A DNA stretch of 47,237 nt from Octopus bimaculoides (taxonomy: Eukaryota): NCBI RefSeq assembly GCF_001194135.2, contig NC_068992.1:4063247-4110483 (forward strand), given 5' to 3'. Shown here one piece after another: positions 1 through 10,174 of the stretch. How positions within the stretch are numbered: the first letter of the stretch is position 1; each line of letters starts with the position of its first letter. The position numbers and the translations under genes were made by a program. The notes beneath the pieces were generated by a model. It was not told the DNA's origin. It saw only the letters and a list, made by a program, of their open reading frames with translations, and did not search any database.

Positions 1-186
1 ACATTTTCAAAGATATGAACGAAATATTAATTTCTAAACGGTACAAAAATATGTACACCATGCAGGAATGTGTGAAACATTCTTAATTTACTTTTACGGT
101 TAACAAAATAAACCATGCCATGGCTTTCTCGTATTTTTTCATTAAATTTTAAATTCTGCATGGTCTTTTGTTTTGCAACGATTTCC

Positions 187-262
187 ATGTATGTATGTAT
201 GTATGTATGTATGTATGTATGTATGTATGTGTGGGTGGGTGTGTGTGTATGTGTGTGTGTGA
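187..262. repeat. (TATG)n/(TG)n compound microsatellite
   Basis: Direct reading of tandem units. Confidence 0.95.
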
Positions 263-476
263 GCATTCACGAAGTCAATACATTTGTAACATCACAATTT
301 CGTTATAGCTTCTAGCATGCTCAATGACTGACAGTGACAAGTGTTCAACAATTTTCGTTTTCTGCGAGAAACCATGGATTCCTGTCGTAGATGAAACTTC
401 TGGTTTGTCATACATATATTATACCTACATACATACATCTATTGGCTTTCATAGACACCCACCCACATGTAAACCT

Positions 477-514
<38 letters not shown>

Positions 515-860
515 TTATACATATATATATGCGTATTTATTACACAATTCGGTTTCTCAGTAAAAACTTATTTTCTAATGCATTTTAATACGTTCGTCTA
601 TTCTAGCATTGAGACTCTGTTTTTGTAAATGTACTATTTTTATTCTGAAACTTGTTTTAAAACAAACACAAATGAACATTTACGCACACATACACACTGA
701 TCCATAAACACACTTACACTTATGTAGACATATATACTCTCACAGCCACAAAGAGACTAACATTAACAGATGCACTCTAGAAATTGCTACGTATTTACGC
801 CCACACGGACTCAGCATGTATGTATCCATTAAAGGAAAGACAAATAGGTAGACAAATATA

Positions 861-861
861 C

Positions 862-902
<41 letters not shown>

Positions 903-950
903 GAGAGAGAGAAAGAGAGAGAGAGAGGGAGAGAGAGAGCGCGGGAGGGA
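861..950. repeat. (GA)n microsatellite
   Basis: Direct reading; source of the ER-rich and LS-rich spurious ORFs. Confidence 0.95.
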
Positions 951-1505
951 GCGATATAAAGATATGTATATAGAAAGAATGAGAGAAACAATGAGAGTAA
1001 GAAATAAGTTGACAGATCTGTCAGAGCCAATATAATATGGTTATTGATAGCTGGTACTTAACGCTGGATTTCCTTTCCACCAAACCAAACATATCTGTAA
1101 ATATATGGATGTATAAAATATGTCCACACGCACACACACAAACAGCACACACGCACACACATACACACACACACACACATACAAATATTGTTGACTTGAT
1201 AAGTATTTAAAAACATTCCAGAAATCGAGAAATAATTCTTTTTTCGGAATGGCTCTCGAAGCGCTTATAAAGCTAAAGAAAATAGCATATAAACATTGAC
1301 TCGAAAAACGCTTTCGAATAGAAAAAGTGAAGGCTGCNNNNNNNNNNNNNNNNNNNNNNNNNNNNNNNNNNNNNNNNNNNNNNNNNNNNNNNNNNNNNNN
1401 NNNNNNNNNNNNNNNNNNNNNNNNNNNNNNNNNNNNNNNNNNNNNNNNNNNNNNNNNNNNNNNNNNNNNNNNNNNNNNNNNNNNNNNNNNNNNNNNNNNN
1501 NNNNN

Positions 1506-1556
<51 letters not shown>

Positions 1557-1559
<3 letters not shown>

Positions 1560-1845
1560 GAGATAACTCGAATGTGGAATCTAAAAACAGAAACAATTCC
1601 TATCATAGTAGGTGCCTTAGGTATAATAAAAAAATATTCAGACAAATACATAACAAAAACATCAGGACTTACAAATATATATAACATACAGAAAATTGCA
1701 CTACTGGGTACTGCACACATTCTACGCAAAACACTTTCAATACAGTAAACATAAGAGCACCACAGCAAACCACAGCACATACCCAAGGCGCACAGAGCTG
1801 CGCTCGGTAGTGAAGTGAAAGCACGTTATAAAAATAAAACTACTG
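1557..1845 (+). mobile_element. 5'-truncated R4/Dong-clade (RLE) non-LTR retrotransposon: ORF C-terminus plus 3' UTR
   Basis: Peptide EITRMWNLKTETIPIIVGALG...IQKIALLGTAHILRKTLSIQ* (stop 1746-1748) matches the typical R4/Dong C-terminal pattern E-x2-RMW...IP(I/V)(I/V)-x-GALG...QK-x-ALLGT-x2-ILRK-x-L. Flanked by (TAA)n on both sides (1506-1558 and 1846-1900). Confidence 0.85.
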
Positions 1846-2189
1846 AATAATAATAATAATGATGATAATGATAATGATAGTAATGATGATGATGATGATA
1901 AATACCAATAACAGAAATATTTTGCTTCATCGAACAAACACGAATGAACACTTACACATCCTACAATCACTTTCTAACTTCATATTAAAATTTACAGCTG
2001 TCCGACAAATAATAGAAAGTAATATGATAAACACATTCCGTGTTTGTGATGTCACTTTGTAGTTGAAAAATACATTTGAAATATCTTCGTACAGTGTTAA
2101 CATGTACTTGTCTACATTGTCTGGAGGTGTTTTATCTTAGCTTAACTATAAACAGCAAACGCATACACGAGAAAATATTGATTTCTGAA

Positions 2190-2290
2190 ATTGGCATAAC
2201 GCCATAAATTTGTTGGCAAGAGTGTAATCATTCTGATTTAACTCTGTATTTATTTTACCGACCCCGGAAAGATAAAAAGTGAAAGCAGAA
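2190..2290 (-). mobile_element. Degenerate SINE family B fragment
   Basis: TTTATTTTACCGACCCCGGAAAGATAAAAAG resembles the reverse complement of the family B central domain. Confidence 0.45.
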
Positions 2291-2492
2291 TCGCTGCTCT
2301 TTGTATATAAAGATCAGGACTGAAAGAATACTGGAAGCCACTTAGAAATATTGTCTGTTGCACTAACGGTTTGGAGATTACACTCCAGCACACTTTCTTC
2401 TGCGTGTGCATGTGTGTACGTATGTGGGTGAGGAATCAGCGAGAGAAAGAGAGAGAGAGAGAGAGAGAGATTGGAAAGGTGGAGGGAGAGTG

Positions 2493-2644
2493 AGTGGAAA
2501 CAAATCCGGCATGAATGCATAGAATTCGTAGGGCAGACCATCCAAACCGGGCGATTTGTGATTTGTGCAATCACTTATCGCCACTTGCATTCCAGTGGCT
2601 GTTATGTAATCGGCTTTTCGCCGTGGTAGGCCGTCCAGGTACAT
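2493..2644 (-). mobile_element. Tx1/L1-clade LINE reverse transcriptase N-terminal fragment
   Basis: Minus-strand peptide YLDGLPR...VAISDCTNHKSPGLDGLPYEFYAFMPDLF contains the KSPG-x-DGLP-x-EFY motif at the start of L1/Tx1 RT domains. Confidence 0.75.
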
Positions 2645-2824
2645 TCTGACCTAAGAAATACTCTATCTAAATACGATCTGGATGACCCGTTGTGGTTGCT
2701 CCATGTCCACACTGGCACATCACGGAAATACAATCAGTACCTGTCAGAAAGCTGGAAGTCCTGAGCAGGTTTTCGAGGCTTTTCTGTATATATATATATA
2801 TGTATATATGTATGTGTGTGTTTG

Positions 2825-3036
2825 TGTGTCTGTGTTTGACCCCCAACATGGCTTGACAACGGATGCTGGTGTGTTTATGTCCCCGTAACTTAGCGGTTCG
2901 GCCAAAGGTACTCATAGAATAAGTACTACACGTACAAAAGAATAAGTCCAAGGGTCGATTTGCTCCACTAAAGGCGGTGCTCCAGCATGGCCTCGGTCAA
3001 ATGACTAAAGCAAGTAAAAGGGTAAAAGAGTAAAAG
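2825..3036 (+). mobile_element. SINE family A, 3' half
   Basis: GCTTGACAAC..GATGCTGGTGTGTTTA..CCCCGTAACTTAGCGGTTCGG...GGTCGATTTGCTC..CTAAAGGCGGTGCTCCAGCATGGC..GTCAAATGACT..AAGTAAAAG tail, matching the full copy at 9788-10174. Confidence 0.85.
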
Positions 3037-3844
3037 ACTAATATTTTTATTACGATTATCATTAACGTTAAAATGTCCACATTGAAAGACATTCAAAGAA
3101 ACAGCTGTTGATTTTATTCGCAGTTTTATATTTCAGCTGTTCAGATTTAGGCTGCATTCTATAAAAATATATAATAATCAATTTACTGTGCAGTCGACTA
3201 GCCGATAATATGCAAATCAGGAATCTTCTTAATGAGTATTTTGATCAGCTACTATTATATATATAAGTTACTAATTCTCTGAGAGCCCGAAGAATAAGGA
3301 TGCATCTCTTCTGATGGTGAACAATCATGGCTGAAACAGATCAGTAAGAGGATACTCAATTAGTTTTCTGTTTACTTAATACAATATATTAGAACAATAT
3401 GATGTTTTCATATCGTCTGTAATCTTCACGGTTAATTGCATTTCAATCAATAACAACGGATTTATTTACGTTGCAAATGTTTCAAATATGCTAATTTCAT
3501 TTACTATCTTCTCTGTGTCTCCGTATCTATCTCACTCTTTGTATGTATGCATGCATGCATGTATGTATGTATGCATGTATGTATGTACGCATGCATGTAT
3601 GCATTCATGTCTGTGTGTGTGTGTATATATATATATATATACAGGGTGCGTAAGGTATTTGAGGATATACCTTTTTGGGGGTCATTGGTGCGTTGTTTGC
3701 TAACTCTGTATAATCTTTGTTTCGGGAAATAATAATGACAGACCCTCAGCTTACTCAAGAAATTAAAAGGTATGCTGTTATTTTGGTTATCGAGGCTGAG
3801 CATAGCGATTTAGAATATCTCGATTTTTAAAAGTTGCCAGATAC

Positions 3845-3905
3845 AGACGAAAGACCGTTGAGCACTTTGTGCAGCGTGCTAACGATTCTACCATTTCACT
3901 GTCTT
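3845..3905 (-). mobile_element. Degenerate SINE family B head
   Basis: CAGACGAAA..CCG..AGCA.TTT....GCGTGCTAACGATTCT matches the reverse complement of the family B head. Confidence 0.5.
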
Positions 3906-3918
3906 GCCCTGATGAAAT

Positions 3919-4274
3919 ACCAGGCAGTGGCTCTCATGGCTTCTGATCTTAATTGATTGGAAGTGTTATCATGTACATTGTTTTGTCTTGGTATAAAAGA
4001 TGGACCACAGCAAATATTCTACACAATACCACAGATTTGCTTGTCAGTTGTTTGACCTTAACCAGTTGAGCATGTCCCTTGGTGGCTGACGATATGTGCA
4101 TCTCTGATCATGAGCAGGAGTAGTGGGGGAGCATCATAGCCATGTGTTGAGAGGAATTCTTTGGGAGTTGAATAATTCACTTTTGGAAACATGGGTGTTT
4201 CGTTCAACATCCTTAAACGACCCTTGTTCAGGGACCCTTTGAGCGGGATGGGCTACTCGACCTGAAGAAAATTC
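3919..4274 (+). mobile_element. Non-coding (TAA)n-tailed retro-element, left part (interrupted by a MITE)
   Basis: GC-balanced non-coding block that continues at 5055 once the insertion and one TSD copy are removed (...CCTGAA GAAAATTC TAACTGGG...). The left boundary is approximate. Confidence 0.6.
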
Positions 4275-5046
4275 GGATCTAGTTCGAAACGGGGGAACCA
4301 GTTTTCATTTATGTTTCATGTAGTGTTTTTGGTACCGAAAGACTTTCAAATTTCGTATACTTATCTATTTTGTGTTATAGAACAGAAAAAAAATTTTGTA
4401 TTCGAATTAATTTCATGCAAAAAATTGTCTTATTTCGATAATTTCNNNNNNNNNNNNNNNNNNNNNNNNNNNNNNNNNNNNNNNNNNNNNNNNNNNNNNN
4501 NNNNNNNNNNNNNNNNNNNNNNNNNNNNNNNNNNNNNNNNNNNNNNNNNNNNNNNNNNNNNNNNNNNNNNNNNNNNNNNNNNNNNNNNNNNNNNNNNNNN
4601 NNNNNNNNNNNNNNNNNNNNNNNNNNNNNNNNNNNNNNNNNNNNNNNNNNNNNNNNNNNNNNNNNNNNNNNNNNNNNNNNNNNNNNNNNNNNNNNNNNNN
4701 NNNNNNNNNNNNNNNNNNNNNNNNNNNNNNNNNNNNNNNNNNNNNNNNNNNNNNNNNNNNNNNNNNNNNNNNNNNNNNNNNNNNNNNNNNNNNNNNNNNN
4801 NNNNNNNNNNNNNNNNNNNNNNNNNNNNNNNNNNNNNNNNNNNNNNNNNNNNNNNNNNNNNNNNNNNNNNNNNNNNNNNNNNNNNNNNNNNNNNNNNNNN
4901 NNNNNNNNNNNATAAATTGCAATATAATAATTTTTCTTAAGCAGACTAAGAGAAAAAGATGTTTTATATGACACATTCTACCAGTGTCCCAAGTTTCAAA
5001 GTGCTTCGTTAAGAAAATACTGGTGCCCCCGTTTTGAACTAGATCC
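4275..5046. mobile_element. MITE/non-autonomous DNA transposon with 28-bp TIRs and 8-bp TSD
   Basis: Left end GGATCTAGTTCGAAACGGGGGAACCAGT versus reverse complement of right end GGATCTAGTTCAAAACGGGGGCACCAGT (26/28). TSD GAAAATTC at 4267-4274 and 5047-5054. The interior is mostly N-gap. Confidence 0.9.
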
Positions 5047-5241
5047 GAAAATTCTAACTGGGCTCCACCTGCGAGGTCATGCGCTGTTCATCTTGATATG
5101 AGATCACTATGTCGCGCACATATGGTTGTGATGCATGCGCCTGTTGTACCCTTATCAAACGGGTAGTCATGATGGGTACTCTGGGCTTCGTATATTTGTA
5201 CCCCAGTGTCACTTTGATGGAATGCACTGCCCTCTCACTCA

Positions 5242-5244
<3 letters not shown>
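5047..5244 (+). mobile_element. Non-coding (TAA)n-tailed retro-element, right part
   Basis: Ends CTCTCACTCACTGA followed by about 30 TAA units. Confidence 0.6.
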
Positions 5245-5338
<94 letters not shown>

Positions 5339-5998
5339 CTGAATAATTTTAGAAAAAAGAAAGATATGAGGTACATTCTTAAAGGGATGTTGATGATAAT
5401 GATGGTGGTGGTGGTAGTGGTGGCAGAAGTGATGCGGTAGAGTCGTGTTGGAGTGGTGTTGGTGGTGTTGTTGTTGTTGGTGTTGGTAGTGGTAGAGATG
5501 ATGGTGATGACTTTTTCTTGCAAGAAGAAACACCTACTCAACAGATAATCTTCAATTGCTATGACACAGCGAAAGATGATAGGAGAGAGGCAATGGTGGT
5601 TACGGCGGTAATGGCGGTGTTGTGAGGTGGGTGGTTGTGGCTGGTGTTGTTGAGGTGGTGGTGGTGATAGCAAAATTAGTGATGAGAATGAGAATGTTAA
5701 TTAGGAAAGTGACGATTGCAGTAGTAGTAGTAGTAGTAGTAGAATAAGAATAAGACAAGAGAAATAGAATCAGAAGAAAACGAAAAAGATGAAAAAGAAA
5801 AAGAAACGTAGTAGTAGTAAAATTAGTAATAGTAGTAGTATTAGTTGTAGTAATAGTTGTAGTAGCAGTAGCAGTAGTAGTAGCAGTTGTTGTAGTAGTT
5901 GCAGTAGTAGTAGTAGTTGCAGTAGTAGTACTAGTTGAAGTAGTAGTAGCAACAGCAGCAGCAGTAGTCGTAGTAAAAGTAGTAGTTGTACTAGTTGC

Positions 5999-6048
<50 letters not shown>

Positions 6049-6102
6049 CAACAGCAGCAGCAGCAGCAGTAGCAGCAGTAGTAGTAGTAGTAGTAGTAGT
6101 AG
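5245..6102. repeat. Trinucleotide microsatellite field: (TAA)n, (GGT/GTT)n, (GTA/GCA)n
   Basis: Direct reading; explains the poly-Y/I/L/Q/H ORFs. Confidence 0.9.
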
Positions 6103-6489
6103 AAAGGAAATAGTAAAAGATTCAGACGCAGAAATAAGACGGAGAGGAAGTAAAAAAGAAGAAAAAAATACAGAAGAAACGATTAAAAAAGAGAGAAAAA
6201 ACCCCCCAAAAAGCAAAACAAAGTTGGTTGGCCAATTTAGTAAGACGTAGAATTCCTGGTGGTCAATTGAAAGTGACTTTAGAAGATCAGAGAAATATGG
6301 TTGTGTCTGTGTGTGCGTGTGCAACTGGGTATGGGGTGTGGGGGTTTGTTTGTTTCCTCATCCTTTTAACAAACTACATCAAGATACTGCAAGATGCAGT
6401 GTATACATAACTCTTTGGATATATATCTATAATTTTATCGAACTAATAATCTATCAATATATACATGTGTGTGTGTGCGCATGTGCACA

Positions 6490-6520
<31 letters not shown>

Positions 6521-6744
6521 GCACGGTCATACCCATACATACATCTATGCATTATACGTATAAATATATATTCATTTATATTTATGTTCGTATGTATATA
6601 TGTATATATATGAAAAAATTAAAGTGCGTATACGTATATGTGTGTGTGTGTGTGTGTATGTATGTATATATATATATATANNNNNNNNNNAAAAGATAAA
6701 GAGAGCAATGGTAAGGTTGGAGAAGTATTTTATGGATATATATA

Positions 6745-6850
6745 TATATATTTATGCATATGTTTATATATACATATACATATTTGTGTATATGTTTATA
6801 TATACATATACATATTTGTGTATATGTTTATATATACATATATTTATATA
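6745..6850. repeat. About 32-bp minisatellite (ATATTTGTGTATATGTTTATATATACATATAC), 2-3 units
   Basis: Direct repeat units read at about 6780-6843 with a diverged upstream copy. Confidence 0.7.
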
Positions 6851-6894
6851 TACGCATGTAGATATATATTATATAAGAATATATATACATGCAC

Positions 6895-6962
<68 letters not shown>

Positions 6963-7006
6963 GCCTATATCTATATCTATATCTATATATATATTTACGT
7001 AAATCT

Positions 7007-7115
7007 GTAGAAGAAGAAGAAGAAGAAAAAGAAGAAGAAGAAAAAGAAGAAAAAGAAGAAGAAGAAGAAGAAGTAGAAGAAGAAGAAGTAAATGATGATG
7101 AAGGAAGAAGAAGGA
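7007..7115. repeat. (GAA)n microsatellite
   Basis: Direct reading. Confidence 0.95.
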
Positions 7116-7239
7116 AGAGTAAGGGGTAAGTGAAGGAGAGGTTGATTACGATTATGAATACGAATGCCGCAAATAAATACTATAGAAACAGAGAAAGACG
7201 AAGACACGAGCGGTTGTCAATAGAAACCAGACAGGCGAG

Positions 7240-7295
7240 TCACGAGCACTGTGTGACGTCAGTATTAATCGTGACGTCAGAAACTACGTTGATAC
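7240..7295 (-). CDS. Candidate terminal coding exon of an unidentified gene
   Basis: Minus strand: pyrimidine-rich tract ending TTTCTAG (AG at 7297-7296), then phase-1 (G)INVVSDVTINTDVTQCS-TGA. No homology recognised. Confidence 0.25.
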
Positions 7296-7699
7296 CTAGA
7301 AATTCCAAGTGATTGTAGAAAGAAAAGAATACAGTAGAAAGATTCTTTCTAATCTCGTGGCATTTTCGATTATCCTTTGGTTTGTTTGTCTTGTTGTTTT
7401 TGTTAATTATTCATGGTCAGAATTAGAAATAGAATAAATAAATAAATAAATAAATAAATAATAAAAACAAAGCATATTTCAACCCTGATTCAATATTCTT
7501 GTCTGCCCATGACAACTTAACAATAGGGTCTCAAATGTAGAACAGAAATATCAAGGAAGCTGGTATTCTATGAGAAAGAAGAAATGGCGCAAAATTGAAT
7601 AAAATGAACTAAAAAAAAAATAGAAAAAGAAAAAGAAAAAGGAAAGACTGCATGGACCATATATCTCACGTGTCTTCATTAAAAACTATACAAACACGC

Positions 7700-7747
7700 A
7701 CGTAGACGCACACACACACACATATATATATATATATACATATACAT

Positions 7748-7784
<37 letters not shown>

Positions 7785-7793
7785 CATATACAT

Positions 7794-7828
<35 letters not shown>

Positions 7829-7843
7829 CATATACATACACAN
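7700..7843. repeat. Higher-order (CA)n(TA)n-CATATACATA repeat, at least 3 units, running into a gap
   Basis: Direct reading. Confidence 0.85.
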
Positions 7844-8166
7844 NNNNNNNNNNNNNNNNNNNNNNNNNNNNNNNNNNNNNNNNNNNNNNNNNNNNNNNNN
7901 NNNNNNNNNNNNNNNNNNNNNNNNNNNNNNNNNNNNNNNNNNNNNNNNNNNNNNNNNNNNNNNNNNNNNNNNNNNNNNNNNNNNNNNNNNNNNNNNNNNN
8001 NNNNNNNNNNNNNNNNNNNNNNNNNNNNNNNNNNNNNNNNNNNNNNNNNNNNNNNNNNNNNNNNNNNNNNNNNNNNNNNNNNNNNNNNNNNNNNNNNNNN
8101 NNNNNNNNNNNNNNNNNNNNNNNNNNNNNNNNNNNNNNNNNNNNNNNNNNNNNNNNNNNNNNNNNN

Positions 8167-8300
8167 AGCGAGCTGCAAGAAGCGTTAGCACGCCGGGCGA
8201 AATGCTGAGCCGTAAGTACCAGTTGCGTACTGGGGTCGATCTAATTGACTGGCACCTTCCCAAAAATTTCGGGCGTTGTGCTTAGAGTTGAAATGAATAT
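8167..8300 (+). mobile_element. SINE family B (tail type B1), internally deleted
   Basis: Head GCGAGCTG..GAA.CGTTAGCACGCCGGGCGAAATGCT joined directly to AAGTACCAGTTGCGTACTGGGGTCGAT; the B-box and central domain are missing. Confidence 0.8.
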
Positions 8301-8308
8301 TCGTATTA

Positions 8309-8504
8309 AGGCGACGAGCTGGCAGAAACGTTAGCACGCCGAGCGAAATGCTTAGCGGTATTTCGTCTGCCGTTATGTTCAAATTCCGCCGAGGTCGACT
8401 TTGCCTTTCATCCTTTCGGGGTCGATAAATTAAGTACCAGTTGCGTACTGGGGGGATCGATCTAATCGACTGGCCCCCTCCCCAAAAGTTTTAGAAAAGA
8501 ATAT
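8309..8504 (+). mobile_element. SINE family B (tail type B1), near full length, tRNA-derived
   Basis: A-box-like TGGCAGAAACGTTAG, B-box GTTCAAATTCC, central GAGGTCGACTTTGCCTTTCATCCTTTCGGGGTCGATAAATTAAGTACC. Confidence 0.9.
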
Positions 8505-8509
8505 TTTTA

Positions 8510-8880
8510 GTAGTTATTATTGTTGGAGACATATCCGGGTGTAGGAGGTTGTTCCAGGATATTTTGAAGAAATTTGTAAAGTGAGCATTTGAATTTTATG
8601 GGATCCATTTCCGTTTTAACATATTTTGGTATGGTATTAAAGAAAGCTGGACCGGTTTGAGGTAAAGTAATTGTGACTTAATGTTGCTATGTGTACCGAG
8701 TTCGATTTTTGTAATGGGCGGATAGCACGGGGTCCAAGTCTTGGATGGATTTTAAAATTGAGGCCAACATCATTTGTGCAATATTGATGGAATATTTTCC
8801 ACACTACACAGATGATGTAGCGCTCCCGGCGGTGTTGAAGAGCGTAGAGATTGAGTTTTTTTTTAGTCGACTCCAATATA
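8510..8880 (-). mobile_element. CR1/Jockey-group LINE ORF2 C-terminal fragment (frameshifted)
   Basis: Minus-strand peptides WSRLKK/KLNLYALQHRRERYIICVVWKI...NDVGLNFKIHPRLG... and, after a frameshift, GPAFFNTIPKYVK...FKCSLYKFLQNILEQPPTPGY match the L-x-L-x-SL-x2-RR-x-R and GP-x-LFN-x-LP...FK-x2-LDKFL patterns of CR1-like 3' ends. Confidence 0.8.
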
Positions 8881-8889
8881 TATATGTAT

Positions 8890-9080
8890 GGCACCAGCTT
8901 GGTTGCAGGAGCTGCCGGAAGAGTGTCGTGTCGAACACTAAACCGTTTACGGGGCTCCACTCCGGATTTCTTTGAAGGTTGTCTCCTTTCCGTAACCCTG
9001 GATAGGGGCCCATACCGGGCACACTCAGCCGGAGCCAGCTGAGCCCAAGACTCGTGTCAGGCAGAGTCGTCACTCCCTTT
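8890..9080 (-). mobile_element. GC-rich block, possibly an RTE-LINE 5' region fragment
   Basis: GC-rich non-coding island; GCAGCTCCTGCAACCAAGCTGGTGCC recalls RTE 5' UTRs from memory only. Confidence 0.3.
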
Positions 9081-9590
9081 ATACTGTGAGACAATATAAA
9101 GCAACATTTTTATTATATTCGCGCGCGACATTATATTTATCGAAGAGAAGCTTAGTCGTTGACCAAAGCATGTAACATATATCTAGAGGCCATGAGCGGG
9201 AAACCAATTACACAAGTTTTAAAGTCTGGACTATGGATACGAAAGAAAATTGCTGTAAAATATTTAGTATTTGTTTTATGATTCATAGAGGATTCCATTT
9301 TCTTTAGGAGGAGTCAAATTCACTTTAACTTGAAGTGAATATAATCAATTCAAAGCAAATATAGACATGGTCAAAAATGGTATTTTATCGTTCTTTAAAT
9401 CTCATCATTTGAAAACTGTGCATGTGCACACATACACATGCTCATGTACGCACGCCTATGTGTGTGCTTGTGCGTGTTTGTGTGGGTAGCAAATATGCGT
9501 ACACATGGACTCACATCTGGTTGTGTGCGCGCCAATAGAAGAATCGAGAAATATATATATATATTTAAACATATAGGTTCATACGACATG

Positions 9591-9660
9591 TTCGACTAAA
9601 GGTGGCGCTGCAGCATGGCCGCAGTCAAATGACTGAAACAAATAAAAGAATAAGAGAATA
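9591..9660 (+). mobile_element. SINE family A 3' terminal fragment
   Basis: TCGACTAAAGGTGGCGCTGCAGCATGGCCGCAGTCAAATGACTGAAACAAATAAAAGA. Confidence 0.8.
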
Positions 9661-9711
9661 CATTAATTATAGTCATACATTAATTATAGTCATACATTAA
9701 TTATAGTCATA
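9659..9711. repeat. 17-bp tandem repeat (TACATTAATTATAGTCA) x3
   Basis: Direct reading. Confidence 0.9.
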
Positions 9712-9787
9712 GTCTCGCGTATCCCAGAAAAATGAATCTGCAAATTCTTCCCGAAAGACCTTCAAAACTTATTTACTTATAGTGATC

Positions 9788-10174
9788 AGGCGCAAGTGTG
9801 GCTTTATCGTAAGAAGCTAGCTTCCCAACCGGATGGTTCCGGGTTCAGGCCTACTGCGTGGCACCTTGAACAATTGTCTTCTACTATAGCCTCAGGCCGA
9901 CCAAAGCCTTGTTAGTGGATTTGGTAGATGGAAACTGAAAGAAACCCGTCGCATATGTGTGTGTGTGTGTGTGTGTGTGTTTATCCCCACGCATTGCTTG
10001 ACAACTGATGCTGGTGTGTTTATATCCTCATAACTTAGCGATTCGGTAAAAATGACTGATGAAATAAGTGCTAGGCTTACATCGAATAAGTCCTGAGGTC
10101 GATTTCTTCGGCTGAAACCCCTTAAGGCGGTGCTCCAGCATGGCCGCAGTCAAATGCCTGAAACGAGTAAAAGA
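9788..10174 (+). mobile_element. SINE family A, full length, tRNA-derived, with internal (TG)n
   Basis: tRNA-like head (GTGGCTTTATCGTAAG; GGGTTCAGGCC), CORE-like GCACCTTGAACAA.TGTCTTCTACTATAGCCTC, internal microsatellite about 9953-9980, 3' body and GTAAAAGA tail. Confidence 0.9.

Noticed and set aside
5054-6324. Long ORFs with poly-Y/I/L/Q/H tracts
   Set aside because: Translations of trinucleotide microsatellites, which lack stops in some frames; no coding signature.
9659-9711. Short tandem arrays here and at 44262-44345 considered as CRISPR-like
   Set aside because: Units are contiguous with no unique spacers, the context is eukaryotic, and there are no cas genes.
9788-9860. tRNA-like A/B boxes here and at 8315, 10647, 12740 and 30660
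   Set aside because: SINE heads: no cloverleaf closure, and they continue into repeat bodies, so they are not tRNA genes.
10056-10070. CTGATGA inside the SINE-A copy
   Set aside because: A chance mutation of the family sequence (ACCGATAGAATAAG); no ribozyme stems.
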